From assembly GCA_963829055.1 (NCBI GenBank), contig CAWHHI010000013.1:1-64000 (forward strand): 64,000 nt of DNA, given 5' to 3'. The notes under the pieces were generated by a model. The model saw only the letters and a list, made by a program, of their open reading frames with translations, searched no databases and was not told the DNA's origin. Made by a program: the position numbers and the translations under genes. Of this stretch, positions 52,401-62,872 are shown piece by piece (the first letter of the stretch is position 1; every line of letters starts with the position of its first letter). The DNA is from an uncultured Gemmatimonadaceae bacterium (GTDB lineage Bacteria; Gemmatimonadota; Gemmatimonadetes; Gemmatimonadales; Gemmatimonadaceae).

Positions 52401-55106
52401 GTGGCCTGGTACCATGAGATCCTGACGGCGTTCGACGCACTCACGCGACGCGGACGCGCGAAGAGCGTCGCATGGACGATGAGATGCAATTTCACCTGGA
52501 CATGGAGGCTCGTCGACTGATGAGCGAACACGGCATGTCGGAAGACGAGGCGCGTCAGGCAGCGAAGCGCGCGTTCGGCGGCGTCGAGCGTCACAAGGAC
52601 GCCGTGCGCGACGAGCGCGGAACGTCGTGGCTCGAAGAACTGGCGCAGGATGCGCGCTTCGGACTGCGCACGCTGAGCCGTCGACCCGGCTTCACCACCG
52701 TCGCGTCGCTCACGCTCGCGCTCGGAATCGGCGCGAGCACCGCGCTCTTCGGTGTCGTGAAGGCCGTGCTTCTCACGCCACTACCGTATAGTCGTCCCGA
52801 AGGCATCGCCGTGCTCTGGAGCGCCTGGAAGGGGTTCGACCAGACGTGGCTCTCCTACGACGAGTACGAGGGGTGGAAGTCCGACATTCCGGCATTCGCG
52901 AACGTCGGGATCTTCAGCGACGGCGCCGTGAACCTCACGGAGAACGGCGAGTCCGACCGACTGCGCGCCGGGTTCATCGACCGCGACATCCTCCCGATTC
53001 TCGGCGTGACGCCGGCGTTAGGTCGCGGATTCACGGCCGAGGAGGATATTCCGAACGGGCCTAACGTCGTGATCATCGGGAACGACGTCTGGCAGCGACG
53101 GTTCGGGGCGGATCCGTCAGTGGTCGGCCGATCCATTCAGATCAACGGGCAGGCGAGCGCTCGTCGTGGGCGTGATGCCGGCGGGGTTCAGGCTTCCGCT
53201 CGACTTCGGCGCCGACGGGGCGACGCAGGTCTGGATCCCGTTAGGCACGGACGCCGCGAACAACGGGGCCGTGCCCGGACCGGCCTTCGCCAAGGGCGGT
53301 TCGAGTCACGGCTACTACGGCCTCGCGCGACTGCGGGCCGGCGCGACCATCGAGCAGGCGAACAAGCAGCTCGCCGATCGCGTCGCACGCCTCGTCGCGG
53401 AGGGTGACTATCCGAAGGAGCAGGAATTCCGCGCGTTCGCCGTCGGCGTCGAGGAACAGGTTGCCGGGCGGCTCAAGCCGGTGCTGCTCGTGGTGTTCGC
53501 GGCGGTCGGGTTCGTGCTGCTCATCGCCTGTGCCAACGTCGCGGGGCTGCTGCTCGTGCGCGGCGAGCAGCGACGACGCGAAATGGCGCTGCGGGTCGCG
53601 CTCGGAGCCGGCAGCCGGCGGATCTCGCGGCAACTGCTCACCGAGACGGTCGTCCTTGCCGGGCTGGGTGGAACGCTAGGCGTGCTGTTGGCGGCCGGCG
53701 GCGTCTGGCTCCTCCGGAACACGGCGCCGGCGTCGTTGCCGCGCGTCGCCGAGACGCGACTCGATCCGGTCGTGCTGGGATTCGCGTTAGGTATCGCGGT
53801 CATCGCGGCGCTGATCGCCGGGCTCCTGCCGGCGCTGCAGGCGACGTCCGTCACGCCGCAGACCGAGCTGAGAGAAGGCGGACGCTCGGCCACCGCCGGA
53901 CCCGGCCGACTCCGTTGGCGTCAGACGCTCGTGGCGGCCGAGGTCGCGCTCGCGGTGGTGCTCGTGATGGGCGCTGGGCTGATGATCCGCAGCGTGTCGA
54001 ACCTGTTCGCGATCGACGCGGGCATTCGTCCCGAAGGCGTGTTGACGATGCGTCTGTCGACGCCGGCCGCGTGGTATCCGGATTCGTTGCGCGTCGGCGC
54101 ATTCCACGACGAGCTGCGACGGCGCGTCGCGGCGTTGCCGGGCGTGAAGGCGGTGGGCCTCGTGCGGATTCTGCCGCTCGCGACGGAGGCTGGGCGATTG
54201 GGGGTTGCAGGTCGAGGGCTACACGCCGCCGCCTAACCAGGGGACGCCGGCCGACTGGCAGGTCGTGACACCCGGCTACTTCGAGGCGATGGGCATCCAC
54301 CTCGTGCAGGGTCGCTTCTTCGACGAGCGCGACCGCATGGACGCGCCACTCGCGATGATCATCAACCGCCGATTCGTGGAGCTGTATCTCCAGGGCCGTC
54401 CGCCACTCGGCGCGCAGGTCGCGCATTGGCGGCGGCAACGCGACCGGGCCGAAGTACACGGTCGTGGGCGTCGTGGACAACGTGAAGCACAACGGCCTGA
54501 CGCGCGAGGTGAAAGCCCAGTTCTACGCGCCGCAGCCGCAGTTCGCGACGAATCCGGGCAACACCAGTCGCACCATGACGCTCGTCGTCAGAGGCAACGT
54601 CGACCCGAAGCAGCTCATCAACCCGGTGCGGTCCGTCGTGAAGGAGCTCGACCCGCGACTTCCGATCTCGGACGTGCGCTCGATGAACGAGGTCGTGGAG
54701 CAACGCGATCGCTGCACCTCGCTTCGCGATGCAGCTCCTCGGCCTGTTCGGGGTGCTCGCGCTCGTGCTGTCGGCGATCGGGATCTTCGGGATCGTGTCG
54801 CAGGTCGTTGCGTCACGCACCCAGGAGTTCGGCATTCGCGCCGCGCTGGGCGCGACGCCGAGGAATCTGCTGATACTGAGCCTCGGCAGCGGCGTGCGTC
54901 AGGCGGGCGCGGGCCTCGTCGTTGGCGTCGCGGCGGCGCTCGTGCTCACGCGCACGATGACGTCGATGCTGCAGGGCGTGACGGCGACGGATCCGGTGAC
55001 GTTCGTGACGGTGGTGGTGGTGACCGCGGTGGTGGCGGTCGGCGCGAGCATGATCCCGGCGCGCCGCGCAGCGAAGACCGACCTGGCAAAAGTAATGACA
55101 GGCTGA
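52401..55106 (+). CDS. ADOP-type ABC transporter permease with N-terminal prefix domain (several frameshifts)
   Basis: DDEMQFHLDME, TLALGIGASTALF, IACANVAGL, RTQEFGIRAALGA. Confidence 0.9.
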
Positions 55107-55468
55107 ACCGGCACTCGGCGCTGCCGAACGATGGCGAGAGTCGGAGTCTGTCAGTCGGTTGTCATTCCGCGCGAAGCCGGCGTCTACGGGGACTGAGACC
55201 TGATGACTCCTACTGACGTGACTGGCACGCTTGGTACTGGGAGTGCCGCCGCCGGATGCCGTGCGGTGCGCATGGCATCAACCCTCGCGACAGTCCTCGA
55301 CCACCTCCCACCGAAATGCGTGATGTGGTCGTGCGAGCCGGGCAGGTTCTGGCAGAAGATGCAGGTGGTCTGCAAGGGGACCGTCCGGCGAGTCAATTGG
55401 CACTACATTTCCGTCCACCAAATTTCCCGGTTTTCGCGGGCGACTCAACCCTCACCGGAGATTCCCAG

Positions 55469-55954
55469 TTGCCTAACGCCTACAACCCCGCCGCCACCGC
55501 GGTCACCGCGGACGCGTTGCTCGACCACTGGCAGGGCCACCGCCGCCTGACGCGGCGCATGATCGAAGCGTTCCCCGATGACAAGCTGTTCACGTATTCG
55601 CTCGGCGGAATGCGCACGTTCGGCGAGCTCGCGCTCGAGATGCTCACGATGGGCGCGCCGATGGTGCGTGGGACGGTGACGAACAAGTGGGATTCGTCGA
55701 TGGACCGCTCGCCACGTGCGCGCGCCGAGCTGCTGAAGCAGTGGGACGAGGCGACGGAGCAGATCAACGCGCTGTGGAAGCAGATTCCGCCCGAGCGCTT
55801 TCACGAGACGATCAAGGCGTTCGGTCAGTATGAAGGCCGCGTGTCGGATCTACTGCTCTACGTCATCGACAACGAGATTCATCATCGCGGGCAGGGGTAC
55901 GTATACCTTCGAACCCTCGGGATCGACCCGCCACCGTTTTACGAGCGGCAATAG
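55469..55954 (+). CDS. DinB family protein
   Basis: GGAG RBS with TTG start; HWQGHRRLTRR, GGMRTF, YVIDNEIHHRGQGYVYLR. Confidence 0.9.
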   Translation: MPNAYNPAATAVTADALLDHWQGHRRLTRRMIEAFPDDKLFTYSLGGMRTFGELALEMLTMGAPMVRGTVTNKWDSSMDRSPRARAELLKQWDEATEQINALWKQIPPERFHETIKAFGQYEGRVSDLLLYVIDNEIHHRGQGYVYLRTLGIDPPPFYERQ

Positions 55955-56009
55955 AGCTCGACTGGCGTTGGTCTTGTTGGACCGGAATGCCAAGCATCGC
56001 TTCAGAGCT

Positions 56010-56172
56010 TGGCCAGTGACTCAGCACGCCAGCCTTCAGTAGGAGGTGTCAGGCATCAGTCTCCGAGCCCAGTCGGCAGTCCGCGCCCAAGCGCGACCCA
56101 AGCCGGCGGATACGGGACCTGATGCCTGATACCTCGCTGCTGAGCAGTCGCTGACGCACTTGGTACTGGCCA
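56010..56172. repeat. Structured repeat family D, copy 2 (inverted relative to copy 1); degenerate third copy near 55140-55245
   Basis: Shares the 40-bp core and TGGCCAGT ends with 43363-43526. Confidence 0.85.
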
Positions 56173-56213
56173 TGCCGCCGCCAGAGATCCTGACGCGTTT
56201 GCGCCGTTCTGGA

Positions 56214-58645
56214 TCAGCCGTCAGCTCGCAGCGCAATCACTGGATCGATCCGCGTAGTCGATCGTGCCGGGATGATGGTCGCGATCGCCGCGATCCCGAG
56301 CAGCAGCACAGCCACGACGGCCAGCGTTAGGCCGTCGGTTGGGCTGACCTCGTAGAGCATCGCTACGAGGAGTCGGTTGCCGAGTGCCGCACCGACCAAT
56401 CCGAGCGACGGCCCCAGAGGCCGCGATGACGAGGCCGCGACGCATGACCATGCCTTGCAGGTTCTGCGACGTCGCGCCGAGCGCCATGCGGATCCCGAGC
56501 TCCCGCGTGCGCTGACGCACCATCGTCGTCATCACGCCAAGTAACCCAACCGCGGCCAGCGCGACCGCCGCAATCGCGAACACCGCCAGCAGGATCGCGT
56601 TGAGGCGCGGCAGCGCGCGCGGCCCCTCGAGCAGCGTCTCGAACGGCGCGGCACTCGCCACCGCTACGCGCGGATCGACCTCGCGTACGGCTCGGCGAAT
56701 CGCCGGGATGAGATCGGCCGGACGGCCGGCCGCGCGAATCACGAGCGTCGTTGGCGCAACGGGATACGCCGTTTGGCGAAGCGGGAAGTAGAGCGTCCTG
56801 CGCGGGTCCCGAAGATCCCGGTAGCGCGTCTCCGGGACGACGCCCACGATCGTGATCAGGCTGTCGCCCTCACCGGACTTGAGACGCTTGCCGATCGGAT
56901 CCGCGTTAGGCCAGTAGTATCGCGCCGCCGACTCGCTGATGAGCGCGACGCGCGGCGCACCCTCGCGATCCGCGTCCGTGAAGCTCCGCCCGCGCAAGAC
57001 CCGAATGCCGAACGTCGAGAAATAGTCGGGCGTCACCGGCTCGAAGATCAACGTGGGATTCTTCGCCGCCTCGTCAGCTGTCTGCCCCTCGGCCGCGATC
57101 TGCCCGAACACTCCGCCGACGGCAACGAACGGGGGCGTGAGCACCGGGGTCACCGCGCGCACGCCCGGAACGGCGGCGAGACGCGGAACCAGCACGTTGA
57201 CCAGGGCGAGCTGCCGCAGGGTTGTCCGAGAAGACCTCGCCGGGAGTTGCCAGCTCGGCAATCAGGAGATTCGCTGGGTTCATCGCGAGCTCGACGCGCT
57301 CGAGCTTCAAGAAGCTGCGCGTGATGATACCCGCGGCGGACAGCACGAGCAGCGCGAGCGCGACCTGTCCAACGACGAGCGCCTCGGTCCCGAGACGGAA
57401 CCGCCGGCTCGCGGTTGCCTGACGCGAGCCCGAGCGCAGCACGTCCTGCAACTCGACGCGCGACGTCACGAGCGCCGGCGCCAACGCGAACAACAGCGTC
57501 ACGACACCCGCGATCACGATGGCCCCACCGACGACGGTGGCGTTGAGGTGAATCTCGCCGATCCGCGGCGTGCCAACGGGCGCAAAGTGGACGAACGCGC
57601 GCACGGCTCCAATCGCGAATACGACGCCCACGGCCGCGCCAACGACCCCGAGCAGCGCGCTCTCGGTGACGAGTTGGCCGACGATCCGTGCCCGCCCTGC
57701 CCCGAGCGCCGACCGCACCGCGATTTCCCTCGTGCGGGCGAGCCCGCGGACGAGCAGCAGGTTGGCGACGTTGATGCACGTGATCAGCAACAACAATCCA
57801 GCGGCTGCCGCGAACGCGATCACCGCCGGCTTCACGTCGCCGACGATGGCGTTCGTCAGCGAGTGAACGACCCCGACGACATCGCGGTGCCAGCGCGGCG
57901 CACCGGGACGCGCGAAGTAGCTCGTCAGCTCGGCGCGCGCGGCAACGGCTGACGCGTTAGGCCTGAGCCGCCCAATGACATTGAGCTCCGCGTAGACGCG
58001 CTGACTATCGAGCGAAGGCGAGTTCGGAATGACCGGCGCCCAGAAGTCGACCCCCGTCGGGTAGTCCATGCCTTCGGGCATCACGCCGACGATCGACTGT
58101 GCCGCGCCCGTCCAGTGCAGCACGAGCCGCCGTCCAAGGACGCCCGGATCGCCGCCGAAGTACCGCTGCCACGCGCCATAGCTCAGCACCGCCACCGGCG
58201 CCGCGCCTTTGACATCGTCCTCGGGTCGGAGCGCTCGGCCGAGCACCGGCTTCACGCCGAGTAGGTCGAAGTAGCCTCCGGTGACAAGTGACCGGTGGAG
58301 ACGATACACGTTGCCACCGTCACGGATGGGCACGAGCTGCGCGCCACCGTAGGCGAAGAACTCGATGCGCTCCAGCGATTGCGTGCGCGCCGCGAACGCA
58401 TGGGCATCGTCGAGCAGGAGCGGAAAGTTGTCGAAGCGGCCATCCCGCGTGGCGCCCCACAGCACCACTACACGATCCTGGTCCCGGATCGGCAGCGGGC
58501 GCAGCAGAAACGCTTCGGCCACTGTGAACACGGCCGTCGACAGGCCGATCCCTAACGCGAGTGTGAGAATCGCGGTGGCCGAGAAGCCGGGGGTCCGACG
58601 AAGGCTCCGGACGCCGAGGCGTGCGTTCTGCAGGACGCTCATCAT
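56214..58645 (-). CDS. ADOP-type ABC transporter permease (frameshifts near 57220 and 56400)
   Basis: TLALGIGLSTAVF, ITCINVANL, RTRELGIRMALGA, IDPVIALR. Confidence 0.9.
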
Positions 58646-59501
58646 TGACTCTTCTCCGCGACACTCTGTGAACCGAGCTGTTTCGCGAGATCGTCTACAC
58701 GGGCCAGCAAGCGTGGTTCACCTAATTTCTCCGCGACCGCGGGAAACGATGGGGTCGCACCGGTCCAGCGGAGCTCGCTCGACGTCGGTGAACAGTGGCG
58801 CGTCCGTCCGCAGGGTCGCGAGCGTCTTGAAGAGCAGCGCGATCTCGCGATTCGGTCCGAGTACGTCAGGCGGAAACGCCTCGATGGTCCCGTAGCGATT
58901 GACGAGGCTCGCCGCCGTCTTCGTCCCGATGCCAGCGATGCCAGGATAGCCGTCCGCCGTGTCGCCGACGAGCGCGAGATAATCCGGGATGTGCTCCGGG
59001 GCGACGCCGTACTTGGTCTTGATGACGTCCGCGTTGCGCACCTGGCCGCTGCGTCGGTCCACCTGCACGACGCGGTCGCCGACGACGCACTGCGCGAGAT
59101 CCTTGTCTGGCGTCCGAGATGCTCACCTTCTCGACGCGCGGGTCGAGCGCCGCGAGGTGCGCGGCGGACGCGAGGCCGTCGTCCGCCTCGAGCTCGACCA
59201 TGGGCCAGACAGCGACGCCCATGGATGCGAGCATCTCCTCGAGTGGATGGAACTGCGCGTGCAGTGCGGGCTCGATCCCCTCGCCCGTCTTGTAGCCGTC
59301 GTAGAGTGCGTTACGGAACGACTCGATCACGTGATCGGTGGCCACGCCAATGTGGGTCGCGCCCCCCTCGAGCATCTGGACGACCGTGCGCAGCACGCCC
59401 AGCGCCGCGCCTAACGGCGGGTCGACCGCCTGTTTCGCGCGACGGAGTCCGTAGAAGTGGCGGAACAGTTCATAGGTCCCATCGATCAGGTGGACGATCA
59501 T
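58642..59501 (-). CDS. Stand-alone 5'-3' exonuclease / flap endonuclease (PolI N-terminal-like; frameshifted)
   Basis: HLIDGTYELFR, SFRN..Y.GYK, EADD, DYLALVGDTADGYPGIAGIGTKTA (H3TH). Confidence 0.9.
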
Positions 59502-60852
59502 TCAGCCTCGGGCGAGCAGCGCATCGATGTGCTCTCTGGTCTTCGGGTAGACGTCGGTTCGTGCGCCTGCGTCGATCAATGCCCTGATGACCGCGGGGTA
59601 GTCGACGCCGTCCACGGGTCCGTTGTAGGCATACCACAAGGTGCCTGTCAGCACGGTGCCTCCGTAACTGTTCAGCGTCTCCAATTGTGCGCCGCGCGCC
59701 AACAGGAGATTGACAATATCCATGTGTCCGTGGGCGGCCGCAAAGTGGAGCGCGGTCGCGTCCACATCCCTCGACGCCGGGTTGACGCCCTTCTCGAGCA
59801 TGAGCTTGACGACGTCGGCGCGGCCGAACGTGGCAGCCTTCGTCATCGCGTACTCCAGATGCACCTGCGGATCCCGGGGCAGCCTCGGCCAACGAACCGT
59901 GGTCAACGGCGCGTCCGGCTTCAGGTGGCCGTCGTCACCGACCAGCGACGCGACGATATCGAGCCGACCTAACGCGGCGGCCGAGATGATGTTGTCGACG
60001 CGCGCACCGCGTCGGACGAGTGCTTCCGCTGCGTCCGGGTAGTGGAACGCGATCGCCGTCATCACCGGCGAGCCGTTGTCTTCCACGCCGTTGACCGCGG
60101 CGCCATGGTCCACGAGCACGTCGACGAGCGCGACCTGCACACCGGCGAGCTTCGGGTGCACGCTCGAGACGAGCATGTCCATCGTCGTGGCGTCGCCACC
60201 GTACATGTGCGCGAGGGCGTCGGCTTCTGCTCCCGCATCGAGCAGCGCACGCGCAATCTCCACGGCGTTCGTCGGCGTTTTCTGTCGATAGCCTTCGTGC
60301 CCGTTCGCGGCGGTGTAGTGGAGTAGCGTCGCGCGATGGTCTCGTGCAGACCGTGCGCGGACCAGCGCTGGATTTGCGCGCAGCATCGAGGTCAGCGCGG
60401 TGAGGTCGCCGGTGACGACCGCGTCGGCGGCCGCTTCGAACTCGGAGTCCGGCGAGCTCGCGGCTGCGAGCGCCTCGACGTGCTGCGCGAACTTCGGCCA
60501 GCTCGCAAAGTCGTGCAATCGCGCGAGAAAGAGTTGCGCGTCGCTGAGCGTACAGGACGCTCCGGCACCGTCGTCCGTCAACAAGCGGCTGGCCCGCGCG
60601 TCGCGTATGATGTCTTCGACTTCGCGTTCGACCTGCGACCAGCGGAGGTGCCTCACATGGACGGCGGCGTCGGCACTCGATTCGTCGCCGTCGTGGAGGG
60701 CCGCGAGTGCCTCGAGCCACTGCCTGGCCCAGGTACGTACCGCGGCTTCGCCTGACGTGCACGCCTTGGCGAGACTCTTCGCGCGGTTGCGGTACTGCTC
60801 AATGTTCGGACGCGGCGGGAAGCGGGATCGCGTCGGTGCCACGGGGTTCCAT
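59502..60852 (-). CDS. Ankyrin-repeat protein with N-terminal LPARPNIEQ..AK / AQ..LAR..F.SW domain (one extra base near 60815)
   Basis: AAGGAG RBS then ATG 60852 MEPRGTDAIPLPA(R)PNIEQYRNRAK; ankyrin motifs TLLHYTA, TALHFAAAHGHMDIVNLLL. Confidence 0.85.
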
Positions 60853-60975
60853 ACGAATCTCCTTTCACGAGATCGCCTGGAGTCCGCACGCGTCAGGCAG
60901 AAAGAAGGTTCGTACCTTCGGATTTGGACTGACGGGTGGGCATGGCCCTTTCCGCGGACTGGATGCGCCCCTGGC
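60853..60975 (-). ncRNA. Candidate structured 5' leader RNA
   Basis: Nested stems AGTCCGC/GCGGACT, CGTCAG/CTGACG, GAAGGT/ACCTTC, plus an ATCTC/GAGAT hairpin over the RBS. Confidence 0.55.
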
Positions 60976-61068
60976 GCTGCGCTCACGTTATGTCGGAACC
61001 CGCGTTGAGGCAACCGGAATTGCTCGGCTCGTTGACGCGAACGGGTGGGGTGCTGCATTGTGATCGGA

Positions 61069-61238
61069 TGTCATTCCGAGCGAAGGTCGAATTCCGAGGG
61101 AGGCCGCAGGCCGCAGTCGAGGAATCGTGATCGTCCCGATAGAGGGGCCTCTCTACCGAGATGATCGCGATTCCTCGACTCGCGTGCGCTCGTCGGAATG
61201 ACAGCGCTGCGCCGTTTCGCGGCTGCGCTCGGCGTGAC
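61069..61238. repeat. REP family A palindrome plus a degenerate extra right arm inside the chitinase 5' end
   Basis: TGTCATTCCGAGCG..GATTCCTCGAC..TCGGAATGACA, then CTGCGCCGTTTCGCGGCTGCGCTCGGCGTGAC. Confidence 0.85.
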
Positions 61239-62427
61239 CGCGCTTCTCGCCGCGTGCAGCCATGCGCCCCGCCCCGCCGCCGTGCCCGAGGTCGCGCCAC
61301 CGCGCATCGTCGGGTACCTGGCGTCGTGGGGCGTTCGCTCCAAGGGGACGAAGATCGCCGATCTGCCCGGGAACGAGCTGACGCACATCATCTACGCGTT
61401 CGCGCGCGTGACCGAGGACGGGCGCCTGGCGTTAGGCGACCCGTGCCTCGACATCGGACAGTGCGACTCCACCGCCGCGCCACCGGCGAAAGACGGCGGC
61501 AACTTCGCCGAGCTCCGGCGTCTCAAGGACCGCTATCCGCGCCTCAAGCTGCTCGTCGCGGCCGGCGGCTGGTCGGGCTCCGGGCGGTTCTCCGACGTCG
61601 CACTCACTCCGGAATCGCGCCAGAAGTTCGCGCAGTCGGCTGTCGATGTGATCATCCGTCGATCGCCGGGCCTGTTCGACGGCATCGACATCGACTGGGA
61701 GTATCCCGTTCGCGGCGGCCTCGCGACCAACGTTACGCGCCCGGAGGACCGGCAGAACTGTACGCTGCTGCTTCAGGCGTTGCGGCAGGAGTTGGACGCG
61801 CAGGGCAAGCGAGACGGCCGTCAGTACCTGTTGACCATCGCAACCATTGCCGGCCCCGGCGTGTTCACGCAACTCGAGCTCGGGCCCGTCGCCGCGGCGG
61901 TCGACTGGTTCAACGTCATGACGTACGACTTCCACTCCGGCTCGAAGATCGCGCACTTCAACGCGCCGCTCTACACGGCCACAGGCGATCCCACACCTGG
62001 CTACACAGTCGACTCGACCATGCGTCGCTACATTGCCGGCGGCGTGAGCCCGTCGAAGCTCGTGGTCGGCGTTCCATTCTACGGCCGTGTATACGGCGGC
62101 ATCGGCGCGGCGAACGACGGGTTGTTCCAGCCAGTGACGGGGCCGGTGCCGAACGAGTGGAAGACCGGCACGGACTACAAGGCGATCGTTCGGCGCGACC
62201 CGGAGTCACTCGGCTTCCGCCGCGTTATGCACCCAGAGGCGCGCGTGCCGTTCCTCTACAACGCGACGACGGGTACGTGGATCACGTACGACGACGCGGA
62301 GTCGGTGGCCGAGAAGGCGGCTTACGTGCGCACGCACGGGCTTGGCGGCGTGATGGCGTGGGAGATCGGCGGCGACGACGGAACGCTGCTGCGAACGATG
62401 TACGAGGAGCTGCGGGCGAAACCGTAG
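61198..62427 (+). CDS. GH18 chitinase-like lipoprotein
   Basis: LAAC lipobox, THIIYAFA, AAGGW, catalytic FDGIDIDWEYP, NVMTYDF, GVPFYGR, GGVMAWE. Confidence 0.95.
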   Translation: MTALRRFAAALGVTALLAACSHAPRPAAVPEVAPPRIVGYLASWGVRSKGTKIADLPGNELTHIIYAFARVTEDGRLALGDPCLDIGQCDSTAAPPAKDGGNFAELRRLKDRYPRLKLLVAAGGWSGSGRFSDVALTPESRQKFAQSAVDVIIRRSPGLFDGIDIDWEYPVRGGLATNVTRPEDRQNCTLLLQALRQELDAQGKRDGRQYLLTIATIAGPGVFTQLELGPVAAAVDWFNVMTYDFHSGSKIAHFNAPLYTATGDPTPGYTVDSTMRRYIAGGVSPSKLVVGVPFYGRVYGGIGAANDGLFQPVTGPVPNEWKTGTDYKAIVRRDPESLGFRRVMHPEARVPFLYNATTGTWITYDDAESVAEKAAYVRTHGLGGVMAWEIGGDDGTLLRTMYEELRAKP

Positions 62428-62456
62428 TGTCATCCCGAGCGTCAGCGAGGGATCTG
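62428..62456. repeat. Half REP family B
   Basis: TGTCATCCCGAGCGTCAGCGAGGGATCT immediately after the chitinase stop. Confidence 0.8.
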
Positions 62457-62502
62457 CTGTGAAGGTCCTGTCGCCCGTCCGGCGCCGTGGACTGAGTCGA
62501 AC

Positions 62503-62852
62503 GCGCAATTCCAACAGCGACGCAGAATTCGCAGGCGCGCTGGGAGCGCGCAACGCAGAAGGACGCAGAAAACTGCAACACCCCTAACGGGACAAGCTCC
62601 GTTCCGCCAAGGCCGTGAAGAAAGGGGGACTGCCTCGGGACGCATTGGCCACGCCCGAGGCCGTGTGTCATCCCGAGCGCCAGCGAGGGACCTTCTCGAA
62701 CGTCATCGTGGCACTTCTCGCCACGAGTACTTCACAGAAGGTCCCTCGTCGCTGCCGCTCCTCGGGATGACAGCATTGCAGTTTTCTGCGTCCCTCTGCG
62801 CTGCGGCCGCGGAGCGGCCGCCTGCGAATTCTGCGTCGCTGTTGGACCGCGC
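62503..62852. mobile_element. MITE-like element family C, copy 2, containing a nested REP family B (62666-62772)
   Basis: TIRs match 28285-28558; internal CCGTGAAGA.AGGGG..C.GCCTCGGG also shared. Confidence 0.65.
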
Positions 62853-62872
62853 GATATTGCCGGCTGGAAGCG

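Noticed and set aside
1595..60852. More than 20 genes broken by frameshifts, suggesting mass pseudogenisation or programmed frameshifting
   Set aside because: Breaks are single-base indels with well-conserved protein on both sides and I saw no consistent slippery motif; long-read consensus error is the simplest explanation. Polishing or read inspection would settle it.
59502..61058. ORF-track start of the ankyrin gene at 61058
   Set aside because: A strong RBS and ATG at 60852 with one indel restores the LPARPNIEQ motif; the upstream extension would overlap the structured leader
12710..62852. Repeat clusters as CRISPR arrays or attC integron cassettes
   Set aside because: No regular repeat-spacer period, no cas or intI gene, and no GTTRRRY/RYYYAAC-bounded cassette pattern at gene ends; they are dispersed palindromes
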